64,000 bases of DNA from Octopus vulgaris. Its lineage: Eukaryota. Under the pieces are notes generated by a model that saw nothing but the letters and a program-made list of their open reading frames with translations, was not told where the DNA came from and did no database searches. Positions 47,499 through 60,570 of the stretch are shown here, one piece after another. A program made the position numbers and the translations under genes. How positions within the stretch are numbered: position 1 is the stretch's first letter; the number at the start of each line of letters is the position of its first letter. The stretch is from positions 64,356,001 through 64,420,000 of the forward strand of contig OX597815.1 of the NCBI GenBank assembly GCA_951406725.2, in the 5' to 3' direction.

Positions 47499-47762
47499 TT
47501 ACTGACTTATTTCTATTTCTTTACTACCCACAAGGGGCTAAACACAGAGAGGACAAACAAAGACAGACAAACGGATTAAGTGGATTATATCGACCCCAGT
47601 GCATAACTGGTACTTATTTAATCAACCCCGAAAGGATGAAAGGCAAAGTCGACCTCGGCGGAATTTGAACTCAGAACGTAGCGGCAGTCGAAATACCGCT
47701 AAGCATTTCGCCCGGTGTGCTAACGTTTCTACCAGCTCGCCGCCTTTTTACTGACTTATTTC
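47499..47762 (-). mobile_element. Full-length SINE family B with 15-bp target-site duplication TTACTGACTTATTTC
   Basis: Minus strand begins GGCGGCGAGCTGGTAGAAACGTTAGC with B-box GAGTTCAAATTCC; TSD copies at 47499-47513 and 47748-47762. Confidence 0.9.
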
Positions 47763-48199
47763 GGTTACTGACTTATTCACGAATACACCATGAATGACGA
47801 TGCCTTTGAAGTCACTTCCACCACTTGATAGGCGCAGCATGAAGAACTTTTCAGAGTTACTTACTTTGAATTGTTATTATTTCATATTTGCTTTGCCTAT
47901 TAAGTAACATACTTCACGATTTTGGCATACATACCTTATTGGTATTTCCTCCTACGTTCTATATACTCTGGGAATGCATTAAAGCCCTTTTCAGGGCGAA
48001 TTTATTAGAATTGTTGCTATCGAGTAATTAATTTGCCTTTTATTACGTAACTGACTTCACGATTTTAGTATTCATAATTTATTGGGATTTCCTAAAATAT
48101 GATCCTATGTAAGACGGTTTGGTATTAGCGAAACAATTATAAGAGCGGGAGCAGATTATAAGCCCCACTTTTCCGGGAATGACTGGGTATGTCAGCTTG

Positions 48200-48279
<80 letters not shown>

Positions 48280-48287
48280 CAGACAGG

Positions 48288-48318
<31 letters not shown>

Positions 48319-48377
48319 GCAGGCAGGCAGATAGAAAGAAATGCAGACAGGCAGACAGACAGACAGACAGACAGATT

Positions 48378-48437
<60 letters not shown>

Positions 48438-48464
48438 TATAGATAGATAGATAGACAGATAGAC

Positions 48465-48536
<72 letters not shown>

Positions 48537-48830
48537 CTACCTATATTTCGCTTCACGCCGCTGACGTGACCTTAAGTGATCAATATTATCGCTATAAATG
48601 TGTGATTGCAAGGATCTTTTGGACGATAACTAATGAGAAATTAGCAACGTCTTGTGAGATTTTTGTTGCACTTCTATTCAAATTTTGAAACTTAATAGAT
48701 ATGCATATAGATATGCATGCTTACGTTTATATATGTATGTAAATATATTTAATTATCTATATTATAAATATACGACGATGATATATATATATATATATAA
48801 TATATATTATATGACAATATATATATATAT

Positions 48831-48931
48831 AGCTTTTAGGTTTTCGCTCAATAAACACTCCAACGCCCGACCTGAGAATCAAACCGCGATCCTATGACCG
48901 CGAGTTAACCACTGGGCCATTGCGCCTCCAC
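48831..48931 (-). mobile_element. 5' head of tRNA-derived SINE family C
   Basis: Minus strand GGAGGCGCAATGGCCCAGTGGTTA...GGTTTGATTCTC (A/B boxes); related to 61193-61430. Confidence 0.75.
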
Positions 48932-49058
<127 letters not shown>

Positions 49059-49064
49059 CGAAAA

Positions 49065-50370
49065 AAAAAAGCACGAAGACAGGTGGTGTACAAAACAGAC
49101 AGATGTATTAGTATAACGCTCGGGAATAGAAAAAAGTCTTTTACGTTTCGAGCCTACGCTCTTCTACAGAAAGGGACACAGAAAAAACAAGGAGGGAAAC
49201 AAGGAGAGAAAAAAATGTGTGTAGTGGCTAACGATCTACTGTGGCGACTAGTGCCGGACAGAAAGGTCACACACGAGAAGGAAAGTAGGGGAGTTAACAA
49301 AGTAAAGATGACCCCCAACACGAAGGTGCGTGTGTGTATAATAGAGTATGTATGTGCGTGTGAATGAGGGCTTGTGGTCTGGATGTGTGCGTGTATGCAT
49401 GTGTAGGTGGGAAAATGTGAGGATGGGTGTGTGGTTTGTGTGTTGTGATGTAATGTGTAATGTTGTATAGTGTAGTGTGGTGTGGTGTGATGTTGTTGGA
49501 AGGTGGGGGAGGCGAGAGTGGGGTAAGCACGGGTGGGATATGGGTTCGGCTGAGGGTTGGGGTTTGTGGGTAGGCAGAGGGTGGGGGTAGAGGTGGGGTA
49601 TGCGGGGGAGAGGTGTGGGATAGGATGGGGGGATGGGAAGGATAGGGAAGGTGGAGTAGGAATATGTAGGGTGGGTGGACTTATAGTGGGAGGGGAAGGT
49701 GGGTATGTGAGGAGAGAGAGAGGAGAGAAGGGAGAAGGAGAGGGTGAAAGAGTAGGAGAGAAGAGAGAAAGAGAATAAGAGAGGAAAGAGTAAAAGGGAA
49801 GAGGGAAAGAGAGAAGAGAGAAAGAGAGTAAGAGGGAAGAAGGAAGAGGGGAGAGAAAGAGAGTAAGAGAGAAGTAGGAGAGAGTAGGAGGGAGGGTGTA
49901 GAGAGGAGAGAGGAGAGAAGGAGAGTGAGGGAGCAGAGAGAAAGAGAGAAGAAAGAAAGAGAGTAAGAGAGAAGAGGGAAAGAGAGCAGGGGTGAAAAGA
50001 TGTAGGAGTGAAGAGAAGTAGGGGTCGGGGAGGAGGTTAGATGAAGAGGGGAGGAGAGTTGAGCCCAAATGGCGTAAAAGAGCGAAGAAAGAAGATTAAT
50101 CCCTGTTCACGGTGCAAACGGGAGTCTGGATGACCTCTGTGCAAGGACAATCCGAACACAGATAGGTGTTGGAAGGAGTGACCGGTGGAGCGGAAATGGC
50201 GTGAGACCGGGGTGTCATTGCCGAGGCGGATGTCTCGGAGATGTTCCGCGAACCGGTCAGCCAAGCTGCGTCCCGTTTGTTCGTGTACAGGGAATGGCAG
50301 AGAGAGCAAGAGATGCAATAGATGATATTGCTGGAGGTGCAGGTGAAGGAGTCGATGATGCGATAAGGTC
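49065..50370 (-). mobile_element. 5'-truncated Penelope-like element: GIY-YIG endonuclease (50037-50370), pyrimidine-rich spacer, hammerhead-bearing terminus
   Basis: FTCTSSNIIYCISCSLCHSLY/(one frameshift)/QTGRSLADRFAEHLRDIR...PVSRHF...H...RE..LI..L....PFGLN: GIY-YIG with the CCHH pattern typical of PLEs. Confidence 0.9.
49136..49173 (-). ncRNA. Minimal type-I hammerhead-like ribozyme with variant core
   Basis: CUUU-CUGUAGA-A-GAGC(GUAG)GCUC-GAAA-C-GUA-AAAG: stem I CUUU/AAAG, stem II GAGC/GCUC, loopless palindromic stem III ACGU. Confidence 0.6.
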
Positions 50371-50579
50371 GATATAGATATGTATATTAGTATGCGTATC
50401 TGTGAATAATGTGTCTATTATATAACAGTACACTACGGTATATTTCTACTCCTTTTTACTCTCTTTAGTGGAGAACCTTAATATGCTATCAATTATTTAC
50501 TGATTGAAAACTTTTTTGGTAGTTGAATCCGATCTTGGGAAGCCATAAGATTTGTGTCTTCTTTGTATATATCAATATT

Positions 50580-51305
50580 TTCTCGGACCCAAAAGTAACT
50601 GGAAACATCCGCTGTGGGACAAACCCATTGTACTTCAGGATTTCACCGCTAGATTCCACTTGATTCGACCCTCAGGCATCGTCCAGTGGAGTCGTACTGT
50701 CACGTGATGCCTCTTTGTTTTGCAGTACTTCTCTGTTCGTCGATTTTTACGATGGCTGAAACAAAGGAACAGCGTGCATCTGTGAAATTCTGCATTCTTC
50801 TGCTGGGGATATCGGCGGTCGAAACAGTTGTCATGTTTCAAACAGCTTCCAAAGATGCTGCCATGAGCAAAATACATCTTTACGAGTGGTGTTCACGCTT
50901 TAAGAATGGCCATTTGTTGCTTGAAGACTAATCTCGTTCAAGACGATCGTCGACCACCCGAACGAATGGAAATATCATGCAAATTCATGAATTGATCTTG
51001 GAGGATCGTCACCGAACAAGTGATGAACTTGTTGATATGACTGGTGTGTTGGCTCCTGCCAACGAATTTTCAGCGAGGAATTGCGAATGAAAAGGTTTGC
51101 GACAAAATTTGTGCCTCGCTTGCTCGCAGAAGATCAAAAGTAGTCACGACTGAATGCGTCTCGTGAACTGAAAAAGAGTTGGAAGTTGATCCGGCCCTTT
51201 TTTCAAAGGTAAATACGAGTGACGAAAGCTGGTGCTACAAAATTTTCAGATGTGGAAGAGATGAAAAAACAAAAAATGATCGATGCGTTAAAAAGCATCA
51301 CTCCG
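50580..51305 (+). mobile_element. Mariner transposase pseudogene, internally deleted
   Basis: MAETKEQRASVKFC...ETVVMFQ...MSK...YEW.SRFKNG..LLED...EDRHR...EELRMKR..KFVPRLL.EDQK...V.TSDESWCY, then jumps to FSDVEEMK. Confidence 0.88.
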
Positions 51306-51339
51306 TGTCACAGATCGTTTCGCTTTCTAATAAGTGAGT

Positions 51340-51690
51340 ATTAGTGAGAAGGCCTCCAGAAAAGAGAACGGACTCACGTTACATGAGGAAAGCAGCAAAG
51401 TTTGGGGATAAGAGTCTGATGCTTTGAGGATACATAAAAAGTGATCGTTGAAGAAAGTTGGTTAAAATTGACGGTAACTTGAACAGTGTCAAATACATCC
51501 AGTTGTTGAAGGACAATTTGATACCAGAATTGGATGAAGGTTAGATTTTTCTGCATGACGGAACTCCATGCCAAGGATTGCATGCAACACAACAGGGTCT
51601 GGCTGATGAAGGTGTTACTGTAGAGAAAGATTGGCCAGCTCAGAGCCCTGACATAAATGTCATCGAGCAAATGTGGACAGAACTAAATAA
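51340..51690 (+). mobile_element. Tc1-like DDE transposase remnant
   Basis: KFGDKSLML*GYI...LVKIDGNLNSVKYIQLLKDNLIP...FLHDGTPC...DWPAQSPDINVIEQMWTEL. Confidence 0.85.
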
Positions 51691-52383
51691 ATTGTGTATG
51701 GGGTTAATGAGAAGATAAGAGAAAAGAAGAGGAAGATAGAGTAAAAATATAGAGTGAAATGAAAGGAATTTAAAGGGAGTAGTAGATATCTGGTAGTTTC
51801 AAATTCTAAAGTTGTTGGGGAGGAAATTTGGTAGTAGTTGCTTGTGTCTGTCCTGAGGTAGTCGACTACCTACGCACACTCGACCCCATTGCTAAAAGTA
51901 ACTCTACAACCACTGACCTTTCATTTCTCTCTATATGTTTACCCTATCTTCCTCTACCTCCTCATCCTCCCTCTTATCTTCTCGGCTACCCCATACATAA
52001 TTCTTAGACACCATACACATATGTACCTTACTTTATTCTATAGCCAATACTTAAAATCCCCCCTACCTCTATCAATCTTTCTATTTATTTACTTTTACCA
52101 GTTAATAGCCACCCCCGTTACCATTCTGTTATTGAACGTTGATATATTCGAGTCTTTTTCTTGTGATGTCTACTATATCAGGACTTTAACTCAAATGGAT
52201 ATACGCATGATTGCACCTAAGGCCTCATGCTTTGGTTTCCATAACTTCGGTAATTTGAACAATGAACTTTAATGCTTCTTTTTTCTTCTCTCTTTACATC
52301 TCCTTATTCTTTTACATCCTTCTTCTATATTGTCATCTTATTGATATATACCATTCTCATTTTCCAAATTTTTTCCCCAATTT

Positions 52384-52439
52384 GTCTCTGATGAGGGAAT
52401 ATCCCTTACTCAAGGATATCCTAGAAACAGCTGTAAGAT
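52384..52439 (+). ncRNA. Type-I hammerhead ribozyme candidate (canonical core)
   Basis: GUCU-CUGAUGA-[stem II GGGAAUAUCC...GGAUAUCCU]-A-GAAA-CAGCU-GUA-AGAU; palindromic stem III ACAGCUGU; predicted cleavage after GUA (52435). Confidence 0.65.
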
Positions 52440-52656
52440 TTTGAATTTCTTCCTATAATAATATTGTATGACTTGAGATGTTTGCCTTGCCTTAATGTAT
52501 GAAATCCTGTTTAACAATTATGCATCTGCTGCATCGGAAATCTGCAATGACTCCATAACTACCGTCTCGGCTATAACCTTGGAGCTCCAGTAATCTGTTA
52601 CTGCACTTACCTAACGTACCTGATCGCTTTGGTCACCTGTGAACTAAACCCAATAC

Positions 52657-52688
<32 letters not shown>

Positions 52689-52691
<3 letters not shown>

Positions 52692-53367
52692 AAATAAAAC
52701 TTACTTGGAAGATGACGCGTGCGTTCGATTATATAATAACAATTTAATAAATAAAACATATACATACATATATGTACATACCTACATCTATATGTATATA
52801 TACATGCATATATGGGTACAGGACACTACAAATAAACGTAGAACACAACGAGAAACGAAAACATAAAAACAAAACAAGGAAACGGACTTTTTTTGACAAC
52901 GAAAAAACAGAGTACAAGACAAACAACACAAGGGACATTCCCCTTCTTCAGCTGCCCCTGTTTCGACTCATTGCGTGTTTCGAAGGTAAGGGCAGAACAC
53001 GACTACGTTGAAACAGTCCTTTCCGCAAAGCGAATTAAATAATAATTTTTATCGGAGGGGTAAAAATAGGTGACAAGAACAGGACGTAAAAGCAATACAA
53101 ATAAAGAAAAGAAACAGTACAAATAAAGATAAAAACAGTAAAAGACAGGACAAGGAAACCAACAATAAGGGCTTTTTAAGCCCAGATGGTGGAAAAATTC
53201 ATTTGAACGCATTCTGAAGAACGGCTTACGAGGACAGAAAAGCCGATGTTGACTTGTTGAAGGCAGCATACAGAAATAAAGTCAGCAGCCCTCTGGTCAG
53301 CGACGAGAGGGAGGAGGAGGAGGAGGAACGGTGAAAGGAAGAGAAGAAACTAGAAAGGGTGAAAAAT

Positions 53368-53431
<64 letters not shown>

Positions 53432-53692
53432 AGTGGAGAGGAAGACAGACAGGCAGGGAGGAAAGGTCAAGTAAAGAGTTAAGAGTATGCGCCATAATTA
53501 TTGAAATAAAACTTACTTGGATGAAGATGACGCGTGCGTTCGATCATATAATAACAATTTAATAAATAAGATATATGCATACATACATACATATATGTAC
53601 ATACCTACATCTATATGTATATATACATGCATATATGGGTACAGGACACTACAAATAAATGTAGGACACAATGAGAAACGAAAGCATAAAAA
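52689..53692. mobile_element. Non-coding element bounded by ~185-bp direct repeats (52689-52870 and 53500-53692)
   Basis: TTGAAATAAAACTTACTTGGA...GATGACGCGTGCGTTCGAT...GGGTACAGGACACTACAAATAAA...CATAAAAAC occurs twice; purine-rich interior. Confidence 0.75.
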
Positions 53693-54188
53693 CTGTTCCG
53701 TTACTGGAAGGATCAACAAATAAAGTACTCCGTCCATACACACTATATTATTCCTGACTTGAGCAGCATTTTTCATTCTGATTTCGTTGAGCAAAGGGGA
53801 CGCATCTTCTCCAAATATAGCAGGCATTCCTCGAATACACCAAAACAATCTGTCGACTTTTCTCATCCAAAGAGTTTTTAACCCAATGTCTACACGTTAA
53901 AATTTATAGATTACGTACCACGGTCAAAACTCAAAGTTTCAGAGAAACTGAATGTTTCTTTTCTCCTGATTCGAGTTTTACGCTAACGCAATCATCAGAC
54001 AAGAAATGAAGATTTCTCACCAAAAGATATCAAGTATTCGCCTACAAGAGCATCTTTACTAGGAATACAATGCAAGCTGATTTGTTTAAAGTTTTTCCTA
54101 TATTTCTTTAAGGCACAGTATTTAAACTTAGATCATTTCCCCTCAATCCTCAAAAACACAGGAAAAGAACCAAAAAGTTTTGAACATT

Positions 54189-54253
<65 letters not shown>

Positions 54254-55042
54254 GTATGTATGTATGTGTGTGTGTATATATATATATATACTATATGTAC
54301 ATGGGTGTGTGTCCATAGATATGTTTACACACATACATATATGCACAAAATGTACATTTACATATATGTATGCACGCACATATGTATGTACTATACAAAT
54401 GCATATGGATATGCATATACAAATACACACACAACACACAGATGTATATACATACATATATATATTCATACATATACATATACATATACACATACATATA
54501 CAAGCACATGATACAAACGTGCACAAAACCTAACATTTTGCTCTATATTTTTTGCAGTGGTTCTTTGTGTTATTTTACTATATTTTTATTTCACCTCCAA
54601 CTTTCAGTTCCTTGTGTCGGCTTTCATTTCTGTTCTCGACTCCACCCCACCCCCGTTAATGTCCTTCTCTTCCGGAGCCACATGTATTCCCTGACTAACT
54701 CATCTCTACACCACACTGATGTCAAAAGTCAATCAACCAGCCTCTGTACAGAGGATGGCGCCTTAAACCGCTTCCAACAGCCGATATTTCTTTCTTGCTC
54801 TTCTCACATACAACATACACTCACTTCCACGTCCGTCTCTATAAAGTGATATGTCGCCATTATTCTCTTTTTCTTTCTGCATCCTCTCTCTCGCTCTCTC
54901 TCCCTCCCTCCCTCTCCCTCCCTCCCTATCTCTCTCTCCCTTCCTCTCTCTCCCTCCCTATCTCTCTCTGTTTTTGCTTCTCCACACACGGACATATACA
55001 CACGCACATGCACATATACATCCAAACACACAGACACGCACG

Positions 55043-55086
<44 letters not shown>

Positions 55087-55429
55087 TACATACATACATA
55101 CATACATACATACATACATACATACATACATACATACATACATGCATACATACATGCATGCATACATATATACATATGCAGACACAGATGTGTATACCCA
55201 CATATAGATCCGCTATATACATACATGTATATATATATGCACACACGTATGTATGTGCGTGTGTGTACCTCTCATATATATAATGTGTGCGTGTGTGTGT
55301 GTAACATATATATATCCACAAGGACACGCACACAAACATCCTCTCTCCGTTCCTGTCCATTCTCTGCCTTGCATAAATCTCGTTTCTACATACATTTTAC
55401 TTTACATTTTATTCAGCTCCAGTGCTCCC

Positions 55430-55449
55430 AAAGTATCTTCCTTTTTTTC

Positions 55450-55482
<33 letters not shown>

Positions 55483-56640
55483 CGCTCATAAGAGATTTTC
55501 TGTACTTCGGGTCTCTCCCTTACTCTTACCCTTCTTCCTCGCTCCCTCTCTCAATTTCTCAGTCTTTCTCCCTCTCCTTTTCTATCTCTCTCTCTCTATT
55601 AATATACTCTTTACCTTCAATATCTTTTTACCTTTACGTGCCTCCCAAATCTTCTCACCTCTCACATTGTCCACCTGATCAGTTTTCCTTTTCACACATG
55701 CCTTCCAAATCTTCCGTATATCTCTGCCTCTCTTTTCAGTATATTTCCACCCCGCCTCTCTTACTCTCTCCTTTCTTTCTTTCTTTCTTTCTCCTTCTCT
55801 CTTTCTCTCCTTCTCTCGACCATCTCTACTATCTTTCTCTCTCTTTCTCCTTTTCTCTCCCTCGCTCTGTCTCTCCCTTTTTCCTTTGCTTTACTTCATC
55901 TTCTCACCTTCCCTAATATAAAAACTAATCTAAATTCTCTCTGTCTCTTTCCTTCTGTCACACTCTTAATCACTCCCTATTTAACTAACATTCTTTTGCC
56001 CTCAGTCTCCACTCTTCCTACCCCCTCTCTCTCTCCCTCTCTCTTTCCCTGTCTATCTATTTATCCATCTATCTATCTATCCATCTATCTATCTTTCACA
56101 ACCAAGATGTCTTCATCTGCTTCCACCATCATTTCTCCCTTCTCCCTTCAATTCTATCATTTCCATTCTCTCTTCCCTCACACTCTCCTCCTTTCACTGC
56201 CGCTTTTTATAATTCCACGCTCCCTTTTTTTCTCTCTTTCTACACCTTACATGCTTTCTTCATCTCTTTCTCCTCAACACTTTCAATGACTTCGAGTTTT
56301 CTGAAAACACGACATCTCTCTACTTGCTTCTTCTAGCTCCCTCTCTCTCCTCTTTCTCCTTCTTTCTCTCTCACTCACTCTCTTGCTCTCTCTCTTTCTC
56401 TCACTCACTCACTCACTTCCTTACAATCTATCTATCTATCTATTCTTCTATCTATCACGCTCATCCATTCCTCGATCTTTATATTCTCTGTTAATCTCCC
56501 CTGTTAATCTCCTCTCTCATTCTTCTACAGTCTTATTTCCCACCCTCCACTTCCATACTCACCACTTATCAATTATATTTTTTATACGTATATTCTTTCT
56601 TTCGCAACGCTATACATCTCTCATCTTCGACTTCATTCTT
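55430..56640 (+). repeat. ~1.2-kb pyrimidine-rich (CT) low-complexity tract
   Basis: Directly visible. Confidence 0.9.
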
Positions 56641-56646
56641 TTGCAG

Positions 56647-56743
56647 GCCAACCCAGCAGGAGATGTTTGGCGCCAAAACACTTGGCACCAGTATAAAACA
56701 CAATTTCGCGAAGAAAAGCAAATTCATAAACAAATTGGTGTTT
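56647..56743 (+). other. Unique-sequence island: candidate exon or regulatory element
   Basis: Strong acceptor TTCATTCTTTTGCAG/G; two open frames; possible donors after 56737 or 56743; perfect palindrome TTTGGCGCCAAA at 56666-56677. Confidence 0.3.
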
Positions 56744-56817
56744 GTATGTATATGCATGCAAGTATGCATTTGTGTGTATATATGTATATGTATTTATGTA
56801 CATAATGAAAATATGGG

Positions 56818-56870
<53 letters not shown>

Positions 56871-56896
56871 GTATATGTATATATACACATACACAT

Positions 56897-56958
<62 letters not shown>

Positions 56959-56986
56959 GCATACATACATGTATATCTATTATGTG

Positions 56987-57017
<31 letters not shown>

Positions 57018-57081
57018 CTGTGTGTATATATATAAGTGCGTATATATATTATATTTATATATATATATGTGTATATATATA

Positions 57082-57157
<76 letters not shown>

Positions 57158-57435
57158 TGTATGTATGTATGTATGAATGTATGTATGTATATATGTATGT
57201 ATGCATGTCCGCATGTATGTTATTTTTCTCTGCTTCGGTTTTTTTTACGCGTATAGTTTTCGCATTTTTTTTTTCATAAAGTTTGAATGAGCAATCATGA
57301 GTTTTGGATAGTTGTGAGAAACTGTTATATATGAATACACATGTATGTTTGCATGCATCTATATACATCTGTATAAATACATACATACATACATACATAC
57401 ATACATACATAGACAGACAGACAGACACACAGACA

Positions 57436-57471
<36 letters not shown>

Positions 57472-57814
57472 TATATGTTTGTATATATATGTATATCAAT
57501 ACATATATAACATATATATATTTCTTTTTATATATACCTATATGTGCGTGTATGTATGTATGTATGCATGCATGTACTCATGTATGTATATGTGCAGATT
57601 TGTATGTTTTGTTTTATGTATGTATTCTCATGCATATAGTTACATATATAGACATGCTCATATATATTTAAATACTAAACCTATGGGAAGTTTTACAGAT
57701 TTTTACAGTTCCTTTAATGGAGTGGATCTGTAGTCTTCGAATTAGCTTTCTCTATTCTGGTTTTGAGAAACTTAGTTCCTCGATGTATGTATGCATCATA
57801 TATATATATATATA

Positions 57815-58190
57815 GGCGTAGGAGTGGCTGTGTGGTAAGTAGCTTGCTTACCAACCACATGGTCCCGGGCTCAGTCCCACTGCGTGGCACCTTGGGCAAG
57901 TGTCTTCTACTATAGCCTCGGGCCGACCAAAGCCTTGTGAGTGGATTTGGTAGACGGAAACTGAAAGAAGCCCGTCGTATATATGTGTACATATATGTAT
58001 ATGTTTGTGTGTCTGTGTTTGTCCCCCCAATATCGCTTGACAACCGATGCTGTTGTGTTTAGCGGTTCGGCAAAAGAGAGCGATAGAATAAGTACTAGGC
58101 TTACAGAGTACAGAGTACAACTAAAGCGGTGCTCCAGCATGGCCACAGTCAAATGACTGAAACAAGTAAAAGTGTAAAAGTGTAAAAGTT
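57815..58190 (+). mobile_element. Full-length SINE family A
   Basis: GGCGTAGGAGTGGCTGTGTGGTAAGTAGCTTGC...CCTTGGGCAAGTGTC...GACTGAAACAAG plus (TAAAAGTG)n tail. Confidence 0.92.
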
Positions 58191-60500
58191 ATATATGTTT
58201 TGGTTACATTTAAGATAAACGGTTGTGTGCTGCTGTACTCCGTCTCAGAATACAAGAGTTGATATTATCTCATCAAGCGACGAAGCATGTTTATTGCTCG
58301 TTCGGCCTCTTTCATCGCAAAAGTATAAATGTACATATTTAATGTATGTAAGTTAACAACTTACTTAAACAGAGTTTAAAATGCAAAGATCCGTATTTAT
58401 ACTGTGGGGTCGGTCGACAAATAAACCATTCTAATTCTAGGCCCGTTCAAAATTTCCTACTTTAAGCGGTCTTTATAGAGATGACGGGTGTTAGTCGCGC
58501 ACGGACCATGAACGATCAGGAATCAGGTAGGCTTAGAAAAGATATAAAATTAATTAGTAAAATTAGTTTAATATTTATAGTTGACATTAATTATTAGTGT
58601 CAGTTAGTTAGTTGATACGAATGAATTTCAGATCGCTCCATAAACACAATAGAAAATATTTTTACGTATACAAGAATTCCAGAAACAAACACTAATATTC
58701 GTTAGCGTAACTTCCTTAACTTTTGATGAAAACAAGTTTCTAAGCGCTACTCATTATTATAATGTAGTTATTTGTATTATATTTTTAAATTAGATATAAT
58801 ATGTTATCCACCCCATTGTCCCAATGCGTAAGAAAAGACCAAGAAATAATTTGTAAAATAATCCAATCTTCAGTTTAAATTAAAGAACAAATATTGCCAG
58901 AAACGTTCTAAATTTTATTTGCTTTCATTTTCGGTTAAACCATAAACATCATAAGATCTGTAGCAGAATGCTTGAAAATATAACTGTAAAAATCTTGCTT
59001 AATGCTTTCAAAAATATAGTCTTCAACATCAATAATTTTGACTTTTCTCGTACCTGTTGTTGCTCAAAAACTTACTCTTTTTCAATGATAATCACATTTA
59101 GAAAGCTTTGGTACATCATGCTAAGGTGTAGTTAAAGATTAGCAGAATGCTTAAATCATAAACTGGATTGCATGCGAACCAATTTAAAACCCGTTTTTAC
59201 AAGTGCATGTATTTCTATTAACACAAATCATTTCACTCGAAATTGCGTTCTAAACCGTGAGTTATTTTCATTTGGTTTCAACACTTACATGCAAAGGTGT
59301 TAGCACTTTTTTCTGTCGATGCTCCTTTAAATATTTACTTAGTAACTATTTATCTCCATGATTTTTCAGAATTATCTATCTCTTTGATTTTAATATTTTT
59401 TTTTCCAGAACAACCGAGATTTGTTTCCGCCTTCTTTTCTTGAGGAATTTTCATTTACTTTTTGTATAGTTTTTAGTCTTTTACTTAACACTGGTAAACA
59501 CACGCACACACACACACAGATTTTTAATTTTTTTCTTAATTCTAACTTATAAATCGAACTTTGATTTTCTACCATATGTCTAACTCTTGCAGGCACACTA
59601 GCGATTTCATATGTTTAATGAATTCATAATCTTTGCAATCATACAGATTTCTATAATCAATTACAGTGAGTAACAAAATCTTAATTTTAATTATGTATTT
59701 ATTGTCTTTAGTCAGTAAATGTTATTTCCTATTTGCTTCTATCAGGAAATCAAAGGAAATTACTACTATTCCCTTCAAATTTTGCTTTTGTGACCTGGAC
59801 ATCAATGTTTTGAAATTGAAATGGGTAAATTTTAGAAATATCGTTATAGCAAATATTCTGTTCAATACTACAGAGTTGCATGTTCCTTAGTGATTGACAA
59901 TACATGCATTTCTGATCATTAGCAGGAGTAATGGGAGAGCATCATAGTAACGTATTGAAAGGGATTCTTTGGGGTTTGAATAAATATAACATAAGCAAAA
60001 ATTTGAAGGAAATATTAGCCATTTTTCATATTTTCTAGGGATAAGCTACCCAAGGACAAAAATCGTGCTACACAATGTTATTTTATGCGTAATTTTAACA
60101 AAAGTGTTTTAAGTCTATTCATATGTTTCCTACCACATAACCTTATGAACAATGAAGCATTATAACATCAAATAATTTTTAAATATTAATTATTGATTCT
60201 CTGTAATCCCATAAATCTATAATTCTTTAACAGTATTTCCTTCTATAAATATTTTTACGACGTATAATTTTGACAAGGTAAACAAATAAGATTACAGTGA
60301 GGCAAACGCATACCAAGCACAACCTTTAACATTTCGAAATCTCTTTTGAATGCATATAATCAATATGGAGAACTAATTGCACAATTTGCAACCTGCTTAC
60401 CACTCTTAAAATTCTTAGCGCATTGTGGCCTCATCCGAATACGTACAAACTTATGCATATGTATGTATATATGTGTGTGTGTATGTATGTATATATATAC

Positions 60501-60570
<70 letters not shown>

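Noticed and set aside
53693-53866. Minus-strand ORF MRKVDRLFWCIRG...
   Set aside because: No recognisable homology, and it runs into the direct-repeat element.
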